Assembly: GCA_030141605.1 (NCBI GenBank)
Contig: JAQGDQ010001546.1
Span: forward strand, 1-35,322
Reading direction: 5' to 3'
DNA length: 35,322 nucleotides
DNA from: Tubiluchus corallicola
Lineage: Eukaryota > Animalia > Priapulida
Shown here one piece after another: positions 11,001 through 21,076 of this stretch. Position 1 is the stretch's first letter; each line of letters starts with the position of its first letter. A program made the translations under genes and the position numbers. Under the pieces are notes generated by a model. That model was not told the DNA's origin, made no database searches, and worked only from the letters and a program-made list of their open reading frames with translations.

Positions 11001-14000
11001 TGTGCTGCTGAAAAATGTGTTAGTTTGTGATGTCATCAATAACTGGTGTCACTGGCCTTTGATCAAGTTTTTAACCTATTATCGTACGTGTGAAAATATA
11101 TACTTTTTATCATACTTCAAAATGGGGTAGGATATGAAAAATCGTACTGTTTTATTTTTGTAGAACTTGGCATCCATTCATAAAAGTGAGGCTTGTGTTG
11201 TTTGAGTCTTGATACCAAGAAGATTTTAAACTCTGTTTAAAGTTAAAGTTTATGCATTTGACTTTATAACTTTGTGTTGTAATTTTATATAAAATATTTG
11301 TGTATGATTAATTGTTTAAATGATTTCTTTTGCCCGTTTTAGGTATTTCAGCCGATGGTACATTGCATGGGAGTTAGATATAAGTGCGACGTCAGAAAAC
11401 GGTAAGTTCAGTTTAGCAGTAATGGAGATTTGCATAGCACAGATCTACCTTTGCATTAGTAAGAGCGTGCCAAAAACTTCTCACTCGGGATCGGGACTAC
11501 AGTAAGTCCTCACTTAACGACACCCCGTATAGCAACGTTTCGTTGTAATGACGCTGATCATTTGACACAGTTTTTCACTTAACGACACACGTTTCACTCT
11601 AATGACGCAGTTTTTCACTTAGCGACACACGTTTCACTTTAATGACACAGTTTTTCACTTAACAACACTCGTTTCACATGGTTTTTCACTTAACGACACA
11701 CGTTTCACTTTAATGACACAGTTTTTCACTTAACGACACACGTTTCACTTTAATGACAAAGTTTTTCACTTAACGACACTTGTTTCACTTTAATGACAAA
11801 GTTTTCACTTAACGACACACGTTTCACTTTAATGACATAGTTTTTCACTTAACGACACACGTTTCACTTTAATGACACAGTTTTTCACTTAACGACACAC
11901 GTTTCACTTTAATGACAAAGTTTTTCACTTAACGACACACGTTTCACTTTAATGACAAAGTTTTTCTATTAGCGACACACGTTTCACTTTAATGACACAG
12001 TTTTTCGCTTAACGTCACTCGTTTCACTTTAATGACAGTTTTTCGCTTAACGACACTCGTTTCACTTTAATGACACAGTTTTTCGATTAATGATAAACGT
12101 TTCACTTTAATGGCAGTTTTTCGCTTAACGACACTTGTTTCACTTTAATGACACAGTTTTTCGCTTAACGATAAACGTTTCACTTTAATGGCACAGTTTT
12201 TCACTTAACGATAAACGTCTCACTTTAATTACACAGTTTTTCACTTAACGACACTCGTTTCACTTTAATGACACAGTTTTTCACTTAACGACACTCGTTT
12301 CACTTTAATGACACAGTTTTTCACTTAACGACACTCGTTTCACACGGTTTTACACTTAACGACACACGTTTCACTTTAATGACACAGTTTTTCACTTAAC
12401 GACAAACGTTTCACTTTAATGACAAAGTTTTTCACTTAACGACACACGTTTCACTTTAATGACGATAATTTTACTTTGCTCGAGACAATTTTTTATTTTA
12501 TAACTTAATTTGAAGCATTAAAATGGCATATATTGCATTATTCTGTTCTAAGAACGTATTAGCAATGTAAACAATGCAATTATTATACGTTGTTGCTTCC
12601 TGATTGTCTACTAAATGCTAGCTGTTTATATCAAGTGAGACCTGCCAGCAAACTTCATGCGTGCAACCTGTTGCTATAGCAACCAGACTAAGTATCTAGA
12701 TAAAATTCCCAAGGTCACCCAGGGTTTTCCTCTCACTCTGCAGTGCTTATTGTTTAACCGCTGCCTAGGCTTGAACATTAACGAAAGCTATAGCTAGGAA
12801 ATGTTAAGTGAGATATATAGGTGGTTTCAGGCAAACAGGAAGACATTAATTAGTAGAAATGTGAATAAACTCATAAAATGCTTAACTCACAGCAGTATTG
12901 ATTTTTGTTTCTGGGATGTATCTCAAATTCTTTTACATTACTTTCTCTGGAAGCCTTGGCTTCATTTAACGACGATTCGCTTCATTTAACGACGTTTCAC
13001 TTAACGTCGATTTTTGATAGAACGCATTAGCATCGTTAAGCGAGGACTTAGTGTAAGTGTAATGTCTGCTTCGTATGAAACAGGAGGTATATTTTTAATT
13101 GACTGTGTAGAAATTTTGCCTCTAGAACGCATCTCAGTTCTTTTACGTTGCTTTCTATGGAAGCTGTGAAAGTCATGTTTAAAGTTGTAGATCACTCACT
13201 TTGTTATGATTGAGTTTAGGCACAGAAGTATGAACAAGAATAAACGATCTATAATACATATTTGCACTGCACACAGCAGAAAAGTGTTTATTAAACTACA
13301 GACACATGAGTAGCATGAATGCTGCACTGAACACTGAGAGTTAGAGTGTGACTAGAAAGCAAAACCAGTCAGTATATATAGGTATAGGTGTCCTATGCAG
13401 ACTTGCAAAGGTTTCACAACAACCATTACTTTAAATAGGGAGAGAACCAGTGAATATGCATTCACTGGATCATACAATTATACTGGGGGTAACTCAGCTG
13501 GTAGAATGTAACAGTATTAGTTCATAGATGGCAGCACCTAATTAAAATGTACAATTACAACTTCCACAGAAGCCTTGGCTTCATTTAACGACGTTTCACT
13601 TAATGTCAAACTTCGTTAAACGAGTTCTTACTGTAAGTGTAATATCTGCTTTGTATGTAACTTTGTTTGCTCTTAATTGGCTGTGTGGAAACATACCATA
13701 CTAGGAGTAAGCATTCTCTACCAAAAAGCGAATTCGAATCGGATATGTGCCATACGGACTCAAATCCAAACCGAATTTTAGCGTTTTTGAATCCGAATCC
13801 GAATTTTAAATGAGTTTCAAAGATATCCGAATGACTGGTAGAAAACGGACTCGCAAAGATCATGCGTATCACTTGATTTCGTTCTGCAGTAAAAACACTA
13901 ATAATTTGTTTGAAAATTGAGCACGAAAATCACAAGTAAATTCTACTGATTGTGTGATGTTTCAAACAATTTAATGAGAAAGAAAGTATGTAGTTCAAGT

Positions 14001-17000
14001 GCTGAATTATTCGAATGTGCGTAGATTTACGTTCGAATCGAATTCAAACTAGAAAAACTCGTTTGAAACGAATTCGAACGTTCGGCGCTAACCCCTTAAT
14101 GAGCACATTGATGAGTAGAAATTGTAGAAAAAAATCAATATCTGACATTTCAGACTAGAGTTTTCTGTGTTTTTATTTCGCCACCACACTGTGACCACTC
14201 AGCTTTGGCACTCACATGTTTTAGTAACATTTGGCAACGTGTAACTCGTTTACAATTTGTTTTTAGCGGTTACTATCCGAAGGGTGGTGGAGTGGTACAC
14301 TTTAGCGTGTCTCCACTGCAGCTGCATCTACAGCCAATCGTGTTGCTCGATCGGGGTCATGTGACCAGAATAACCGGCGCAGCATTTGTAGCCGGCGTCC
14401 TGCCAAAAAAGGTGAGTCAAGTCATTCGGCAATACAGTAGCAGAATGAATTCTTTTTTAATCACTTCGCTGCCTATATGATGAGTATTTTCTCCTGTCAT
14501 GAAAATGCTACTCTGACTGGTCTGTATGATGAAACTGTACCGTCGTGCTTAATATGTAAGTTAACTGTCACGTAAGCAAGTAGCAATGATACCTGCACAC
14601 GTCAGGCACATTTCATGAATGATTAAAAACTTAATTAGCTGCGGGCAAGCCCGACTATTGATGACGTCACAAACCAGCATGATTTTCAACAGCAAAAATA
14701 TTCCACGAGCGTGTTGCACATGTTTGCGAAAGCAAAAATTGAAGTACCGTGCTACTGTAAGAGATTCAACGTGTTGTACTAAAACTAGGCATATTTTAAG
14801 ATAGAGAATTCAAATTTACCACTGTGCTCACACATGAGCTGCTGAACGTGTGTAGTTCATCATAAACTAACACATATGAACCGAGAGGTACAGCACCTGT
14901 TTTTTGTGCAATGCCAGATTTAAGATCTACAGTTTAAGATTGGGTCTGGTTAAGCTTTAACTACTTTGCTAAGATTTTGATTTTACGGGGCGACTTTTAT
15001 GTAAACGATTCATTCGTGTCTGTGTTTTGCAGATGGCTCACGCGATGGCGCAAGCTGCCACGAGGTCGATAAAGAGGGAGCATCGAGATATTCCCGTAGA
15101 CATTGGCGCTTATCAGGAGAGCCGAGATAACACCGTGGGAAACGGATCCGGAATAAAGTGAGTTCCTCGATCATGCAAATATCAGCAGGGATGAGAATTT
15201 TCCGCGGATACGTGGAATTCCGAGTTTTTGGAAGACCAGTAGTGCCATTTTTGTAAATTTGTTGAGAAAATTTTTGCGCACCCAGTACATTATTTCACAA
15301 ACTGACCGTTAGTTGGCAGGCCGTCACTTTGTTTACATCACGTACATCAGTGTAACCACGTGTTTATCTCTATGTATAAAAATATAGACTCAATTGTGCG
15401 GAGTTATTTGAGTCAATTGCAGACAGTTTTTATATACTTTTGCATAGGAGCGGTCAGTACTTAGGCGTTTTTGAGACAATTAGGCATCATGTATCCTTGA
15501 TAGTTGGGTATTTTAAATTATGCATGAAACAAGGTAATTGATATTTTAAGTCCACTTAGAGGTTCTCATGAATATCAGACCGGCAGTAAAAATACTTCCG
15601 TTTCCGTCTGATCACCCGGGTAATAATATTTTATCACGCACCCGGCCAGGAAGCTTATGAGCTTACAAAAAACAAATACAAAGTATTTTTATTGTCGGCC
15701 TGGGGTAAACAATTGGAATTTTTTAGTAAAACCTCCTAGAGTGAGTCTCGTACCACATGGTCACCCATCCATCCCCTGACACCTTGACCATTTGGCTCTT
15801 CACCTGTAATGAGTTGCAATTTTCTTTGCAGCATTGTTGCGGAGACGAGTACAGGTTGCCTACTTGCCGGTTCGGCTCTCGGCAGACGAGGCGTGGATGC
15901 GGAACGCGTCGGCGAGGAGGCAGCAGAGCAGTTGCTTAGCGACCTTCGACATGGCGGTTGCGTTGACCGTCATCTTCAAGATCAGGTAAATGATGTCGGA
16001 TTCGCGCTGGAATAGTGAATCCACTCGGAAGCTTAATTTGTCCTTTTGGACTGGATTACGCTGCCTGAATTACAGTTTGCCATTTTTTAAGTTTCGCTGT
16101 TTTTGAATCTTGAGCGGGCTGCACTTAGAAGATTCCTGCCATTGAAACATTTAGAAGATTCCCGCCAGTGATTCATCGCTAACTACATTAAGTTTATATT
16201 TGAAATCTAAGAACTTGTATTATGAGCGTTGAAATTAGACTGAAAGCCAAAACGCATCTAAAAAGTGTTTAGTTTTCCTTTAAATAATTTTGATTAGTGT
16301 CTCACACAAGGTAATTATAATTGTGCGGACGTTTCGTGTTCAGAATAAAACAAAATGAAATTGTATATCTTCTTCATTAGACGGGCATCGAAATTGAAAT
16401 GTTGCTTTACGGTAATGTTAGTTTACAGGTAAACAGTCGTCGTAAATCAGGGGTGTGCAAACTGCGGCCTGCGAAGAGATTTGCCAATGTAATGAAAGTG
16501 CGGCCCACGCGATCCAGCTGAAGTCTGCGCCAATATCGCAAAGATAGTGCGGGTAGTTTATTCCTCTAGATCGGACGGCATTAACCCTTACAAGACCGTT
16601 GTCACTTAATGTCACTGTCGGACATGACGAAATATATGGTTTTTAATATAAATTTTAATAACTTCTAAAATAGTTTCTTGAGTGTAGTAGTGCAGTAGTA
16701 ATGATGTGCGCAAATCGGATGCAAAAAAATCGTTATTAGGTCCTACTGTACTTGGGTCCTTGACCAAACTGCATGTGGCCCACAGGAATTGCGGGAATGT
16801 TTAATGTGGCCCGGCTAGTCAGATCATTTGCACACCCCTGTCGTAAATAAAGCTTAAAGGAAAACTGGACAATTGTTTAGACTTAATCTCATTTTAATAT
16901 ACTGTCAAAAATATACATTTTCTTGCCTATAAAAGTTAGCAATTGTTTCTTATGTTTGAATAATTAGCTTAGAAAGTTAATTAACGGCAACCGAGCACAG

Positions 17001-18515
17001 CTATTGCTTGCGTCAGAAACCAACTACAGTTTGTGCAAAAGGGCAGGCATCTTCCCTTGCGCGTCAATCACGTTTGCGTAAGATGCAGCCATTTTAATGG
17101 TAGATCATTTGAAACAAGTTTAGATAACATTTTGTGAAGTTTGAAAAAATGATCAGAGTACGCGTAGTAGTGCACGCTAACTGAGCAAAAGTTTAAATTA
17201 CTTTAAATTGTGAATAAGATCGATAATGTGTTTTTTGGTGAGCCAGTGGTGCACACTGGGATGGCGATGCAGTGCCATTTTACTATATGACACCAAAGCA
17301 TTTTTAATCGTTAAGAATTTTGCTTTTCCAATTATATAAGCCTTTAAAATAGGTAAATGTAATAGTGTAATGTAAGTAAAATAAATTTTGTGGGAAGTTT
17401 TGTGGGAATACTTTATGTAAACATACATGTATTACATAATTCAAAGTTCACATTATTGTTACATGGAATACATTATGTAGACATACATGTATTACATAAT
17501 TGAAAGTTCATAATATCATTGCTACATGGAATACGTTATGTAAACATACATGTATTACATAATTGAAAGTTCATAACATCATTGCTACATGGAATACATT
17601 ATGTAAACATACATGTATTACATAATTGAAAGCTCATAACATCATTGCTATATGGAACACATTATGTAAACATACATGTATTACATAATTGAAAGTTCAT
17701 AACATCATTGCTACGTGGAATACATTATGTAGACATACATGTATTACATAATTGAAAGTTCATAACATCATTGTTACATGGAATACATTATGTAAACATA
17801 CATGTATTACATAATTCAAGTTCACAACATCATTGCTATATGGAATACATTATGTAAACGTACATGTATTACATAATTGAAAGTTCATAATTGAAGTGTT
17901 TTTTTTGTTAAAATAGTTGATCCTATTCATGGCACTGGCGAAGGGAAAATCTCAGGTCAAAACGGGACTGATAACGTTGCACACGGAAACGGCGATTGCC
18001 GTCACCGAACTAATGCTCGATGGCAAGGTAAGAGCTGTGTGGTTTAGCCGAACTTGTCGGTGAATTTCTAACCCAAATGTCGCGGGTTCAGATCTAGGTT
18101 CCGCCCCAATTTTTTTAACATTTCCTTTAATTTCTAACCTAAATGTCGCGGGTTCAGATCTAGGTTCCGTCTCAATTTTTTTAACATGTTGAGCATTGCT
18201 CATAAGTTAATTTCTTCTGCTACGTTCATAGCACTGCAATGCATTGTTAATTAGTAATTGCATAACTTGTATTTTTCTATAGTGTTAAGTGGATGAATAA
18301 ATGAATCTAAATCTAGATCTAGGTCTAGATCTAAACCTAAATCTACTACTGAATATTCAGCAAAATACTATAGTGATTTTAACTGCCGTAAAGTAAAAAA
18401 ATTGTGTATTTGTTTGTTTACGCGCTTGTTTACTTTGCAGGTGAAATTTCTTGTCACAAAATGCGAAGGTGAAACACATCTGATAGAATGCGAGGGCATC
18501 GGTTTGACTGTGTGA
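4998..18515 (+). CDS. RTCA: RNA 3'-terminal phosphate cyclase, complete spliced gene; join(4998..5042,8356..8456,8672..8815,9266..9389,11343..11401,14267..14411,15033..15157,15832..15985,17917..18027,18441..18515), 1083 nt, 360 aa
   Basis: Hand-spliced exons give [30 protein letters not shown]...[15 protein letters not shown]...DTKTAGSVCLLMQ...[14 protein letters not shown]...RGYYPKGGG...AETSTGC...[13 protein letters not shown]...TLHTETAI...IECEGIG. This is collinear with animal RTCA as I recall it. All 9 introns are GT-AG with consistent phase, and the adenylylated His motif TLHT is present, which argues against the paralog RCL1. Confidence 0.97.
5148..5395 (+). mobile_element. Kolobok-like family D, left fragment with an internal 33-bp tandem duplication
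   Basis: Similar to 29964-30145 (AAAAATGTTAGAA.GATTTAGTAA...GAAAAGCAG.GT.CTGTCA). Confidence 0.7.
5485..5814. mobile_element. Tc1/mariner (pogo/Tigger-like) MITE
   Basis: 24-bp TIR CAGTCRACCCTCGTTAAACCGGAC with 1 mismatch; TA on both sides. Confidence 0.9.
7145..7435 (+). mobile_element. Kolobok-like family D, diverged internal fragment
   Basis: Shares TTTGAATTAGTTTAA, TACGGAAAGCCA..ATGTGCTTACAAAA and TCATAATTTT with 30050-30360. Confidence 0.65.
8356..8456 (+). CDS. RTCA: RTCA exon 2 ([34 protein letters not shown])
   Basis: tttag acceptor, GT donor at 8457; GGQILR and IRAGR motifs. Confidence 0.95.
8672..8815 (+). CDS. RTCA: RTCA exon 3 ([10 protein letters not shown]...ADTKTAG)
   Basis: ttacag acceptor, GTATGT donor at 8816; completes RPQH motif. 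Confidence 0.95.
9266..9389 (+). CDS. RTCA: RTCA exon 4 ([17 protein letters not shown]...[16 protein letters not shown])
   Basis: tttcag acceptor, GTATTC donor at 9390. Confidence 0.95.
9556..10103 (+). mobile_element. Kolobok-like TTAA MITE family B, full length (~548 bp)
   Basis: Collinear with 22829-23376; ends A(C)GAAGACCGGACGATTG...CAATCATCCGGTTTTCCT followed by TTAA. Confidence 0.85.
10108..10618 (-). mobile_element. Kolobok-like TTAA MITE family C, inverted copy with internal deletion
   Basis: Reverse complement of 24165-24640; flanked by TTAA at 10104-10107 and 10619-10622. Confidence 0.85.
10623..11156 (+). mobile_element. Kolobok-like TTAA MITE family C, diverged forward copy
   Basis: Collinear with 24165-24752 from AAAACCAGACCCAATC to ATGGGGTAG.ATATGAA.AATCGT.CTGT. 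Confidence 0.8.
11343..11401 (+). CDS. RTCA: RTCA exon 5 ([20 protein letters not shown])
   Basis: ttttag acceptor, GTAAGT donor at 11402; phases join exons 4 and 6. Confidence 0.9.
11500..13053. mobile_element. pogo/Tigger-like non-autonomous element containing a minisatellite
   Basis: 21-bp TIR CAGTAAGTCCTCACTTAACGA with 2 mismatches to the right end; TA on both flanks. Confidence 0.8.
11565..12465. repeat. 40-bp minisatellite, about 22 units (GTTTTTCACTTAACGACACACGTTTCACTTTAATGACACA)
   Basis: Directly visible tandem array; the unit is a dimer of ~20-bp subunits. Confidence 0.97.
13702..14097 (+). mobile_element. hAT-like (TAGGG-type ends, CGAAT subterminal repeats) degenerate MITE
   Basis: TAGGAGTAAGC...GCTAACCCCT ends; many TTCGAATC/CCGAAT motifs; homologous to 32638-32950; no clear TSD. 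Confidence 0.65.
14267..14411 (+). CDS. RTCA: RTCA exon 6 (GYYPKGGG...[10 protein letters not shown])
   Basis: tttttag acceptor, GTGAGT donor at 14412; RGYYPKGGG signature. Confidence 0.95.
14620..14956 (-). mobile_element. Kolobok-like family C, internally deleted inverted copy
   Basis: Similar to 10135-10405, then jumps to the terminus ATTGGGTCTGGTTAAGCT|TTAA. Confidence 0.8.
15033..15157 (+). CDS. RTCA: RTCA exon 7 ([16 protein letters not shown]...VGNGSGI)
   Basis: ttgcag acceptor, GTGAGT donor at 15158. Confidence 0.92.
15832..15985 (+). CDS. RTCA: RTCA exon 8 ([17 protein letters not shown]...VDRHLQDQ)
   Basis: ttgcag acceptor, GTAAAT donor at 15986; LQDQ motif. Confidence 0.95.
16180..17082 (+). 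repeat. Composite repeat (about 270-bp segment plus left part of family B from 16858), interrupted by a hAT MITE
   Basis: Collinear with 22556-~23050 once 16448-16848 is removed. Confidence 0.85.
16448..16840 (-). mobile_element. hAT (Charlie-like) non-autonomous element, copy 2 (inverted)
   Basis: Same 14-bp TIR; perfect 8-bp TSD TCGTAAAT (16440-16447, 16841-16848); high similarity to 927-1326. Confidence 0.93.
17404..17890. repeat. 63-bp minisatellite, about 7.7 units
   Basis: Unit CATGGAATACATTATGTAAACATACATGTATTACATAATTGAAAGTTCATAACATCATTGCTA; period 63 (e.g. 17521 and 17584). Confidence 0.96.
17917..18027 (+). CDS. RTCA: RTCA exon 9 ([27 protein letters not shown]...GK), contains catalytic His
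   Basis: aatag acceptor after T-tract, GTAAGA donor at 18028. Confidence 0.95.
18033..18345 (+). mobile_element. Possible tRNA-derived SINE remnant with duplicated B-box segment and TCTAGA-type hexamer tail
   Basis: A-box-like GTGGTTTAGCCG, B-box-like GGGTTCAGATC; ~58-bp direct duplication (18064-18121, 18130-18187); hexamer repeats at 18305-18345. Confidence 0.35.
18441..18515 (+). CDS. RTCA: RTCA exon 10 ([24 protein letters not shown])
   Basis: ttgcag acceptor; IECxGIG C-terminal motif; TGA at 18513-18515. Confidence 0.92.
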   Translation: MKFLVTKCEGETHLIECEGIGLTV

Positions 18516-19617
18516 CGCTCCGTCTGCTTAGCCTGAACAGTGTTGTGCATAAACTGCCATCGTTGTCGTCATTGCAATGATCAGTACGATCATTTCTCCT
18601 GTTGAAGTTTTGGTCAACAGAGGGCAGCACAGCTTATGCATAGATGAAATTGTGGTTTCTCCACGTAGTGGATTCTTTTCACTTTTAAAGTGGAGCCTTC
18701 AAAGTGGAGTTTTTCTGCATATTGCGCAGTCATTCTTACATCAAATTTTTGTATATTAGTTACTTAAAAAAATAATTGATTTTTTTTCTGCTGTGCAAAT
18801 CCATTATAATTTGTTGTAAAGCTACTATTGGACTCCATTGTTTTACTAAACATAATTATCGAGTTGTTAATCGTAAAATGTTTTCTCAAACTTTGAAATA
18901 GAACTATTAAACACCTGGATGTTGTGCAAATCATACAGTATATTATTAAACAAGAACAAAGCAAAGAACAATTGTACATACATGAGAAAATAATACCTAC
19001 TGGGCCCAGATTTAACAAGTAACAAGGAGTATACTCATGTTTATACGTAGTTCCCGATGGCCGGCTCTTCCAGGATGCTGCGGACTCCACCAATGCTCCA
19101 AAAGTTTCAGAATCTCTCACAGGGTGGTTTGTCCAAGAGCTCCTCTAAGTGAAGAAGTATGACGAGGCAATTACTTCACTCCTGAGTCGTGCTGGTGCTA
19201 CGTAAAGGTTATCGATACAACATTGTGCATTTAATTATTGTCTCTCACAGGATATTAACTGAATTTTACCATTAAGACCAAAATAAAACTCAGACAAAAC
19301 GTGTTTCAAACATATGACAAACAGAAGAAATGTACCAACCATGTCGACCAGGTAAAACGGCCTGGATAGACATCCATTCAACAGAATATTCGGTACCGAA
19401 ATGAAGTAGTCAAAATTTAGCCTAGATAGAATGACCTTGTATACAATCCATAGTATTCGATGGCTTCTATACTGTTCAAAATCTTAAGACTGATGAATGG
19501 CTCTTATCGGCCAGTTAGCTAGCGGTCATGCATCGCATGGCCGTGACGAATAGTATGAGTAAAATATTGGTAGGTGTTCCGTGTAAGAACATCACGAAAT
19601 GTTGGAAAACTTACACA

Positions 19618-19778
19618 TACAACACCGACAATCACCATACCGATAATTACAACACCGATAATCACCGTATCAATAATTACAACACCGATAATCACCGTAC
19701 CGATAATTACAACACCGATAATCACCGTACTGGTAACCACAACACCGATAATCACCATACCGATAATCACCGTACCGT
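19618..19778. repeat. 30-bp minisatellite, about 5 units (ACAACACCGATAATCACCGTACCGATAATT)
   Basis: Visible tandem array with 15-bp substructure. Confidence 0.92.
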
Positions 19779-20249
19779 ATACTGTTGTTTTATTTAAATT
19801 TATATTATTTGAATTTGTTTATTGTAAATAAATTACAATTGTTGTCTTTTTAGCTATTTATTGACTTTTTCTTTATAATAGTTTCAAATAGTAATCATGC
19901 TAATCTTCTTCAACTCTGTTCACACTTAAATTGATTTGCACTATGCATTAGACGATGCACACCTGTTTGTGCATGAGGCAAGTTTTACTTATAGTGTAGC
20001 AATGCTGTGGTCATTGTAATCCTGTAGTTCCCGGTTCTAATCCAGGTCAGACCAGACTTCACATTTCTTGTCGTTTTGTCAAGTTAGATTTATGGGAAAG
20101 TAGTTGTAGATTAGATTTGTTTATTGCTAATCTTAATGCTTGTGGTGGGACCATAACCTGGTATGTTATTACGAATAATCCTCCAAAACGGGACACTGAA
20201 CTAGCAGGAGAGTTAGCCTTGTTCGGATGTGACGGAATTCTCCTTCAGT

Positions 20250-20382
20250 GAAAGAAAAAAGGGACGGGGGGAAAGAGAGGAGTAAGGAAAGACGAGAGAG
20301 AGGGGGGAATAAGGAAAGACGAGAGAGAGAGAGTGGTAAGAATAAAGGAAGAGAGAGGGGGGGAGGAAGATGGGAGAGAGAG
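20250..20382. repeat. GA-rich low-complexity tract
   Basis: Polypurine run with repeated AAGGAAAGACGAGAGAGAG. Confidence 0.85.
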
Positions 20383-20949
20383 ATTCGAAACTGACATCGC
20401 AAATGAAACTGCCTCTAAGAAGTATTGAACCACCAAAAATCGATCGTAAAAATTGTAGATTAATGCATGTAGCTGTAATCTTTCAAGAACGTGACAGAAT
20501 ACATGAGCTCACAGCTTCCTTCACTGAGAAAATCACCTGGATTACATAAACTATTAGATAATTATATACCTGTTTCTTCAATAAACACCATCACAGTTTC
20601 ATTGCACACCTGTGACACCTGATTCTTTTCAATTTGAAATTTCGTTCATTTTCCTTTCCATCCGTAATACTGCAGCTAAATTGCTGGACGCAGCAATTAA
20701 TATGGTGAGGATATCGTACCAGTGAGTCACGCTATGGGTTTGATATTTAAACCGCTTAGTTCCGGGCAAGTGAATATTAGTTCAATAATGTAGCGACATG
20801 GAGTTATAAATAATGTAAATATGTAATAATGTAATATAAATAATTAAAGATTTACCCGTGTTTTTCTAAACAAAATAAATAAGTGATATCCTATTTTTAA
20901 ATTTGTTGTCTTCTCCTTTAAAGCACGCATTGAAAGCGGAATAGAGTTT

Positions 20950-21057
20950 AATTATTCAAATATAAGAAACGATTGCTAACTTTTATAGGCAAGAAAATTT
21001 ATATTTTAGAGAGTAAATTAAAATGAGATTGAGTCTAAACAATCGTTCGGTCTTCCT
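20950..21057 (-). mobile_element. Family B left-end fragment, inverted
   Basis: Reverse complement of 22829-22935; ends CAATCGTTCGGTCTTCCT|TTAA. Confidence 0.8.
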
Positions 21058-21076
21058 TTAATATGTCAGTCTGGAT

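Noticed and set aside
9388-11347. AGGTATT direct repeat at both ends of RTCA intron 4 as a sign of recent intron gain
   Set aside because: Largely explained by the AG|GT splice consensus; 7 bp is too weak without ortholog comparison
4998-18515. Prokaryotic RtcA-RtcB/RtcR RNA-repair locus or horizontally acquired gene
   Set aside because: Gene has nine spliceosomal introns and an animal-type sequence; no rtcB, rtcR or other partner is visible
19995-20055. tRNA-like segment (TTGTAAT loop, GGTTCTAATCC)
   Set aside because: No complete cloverleaf or acceptor stem; at most a degenerate SINE head
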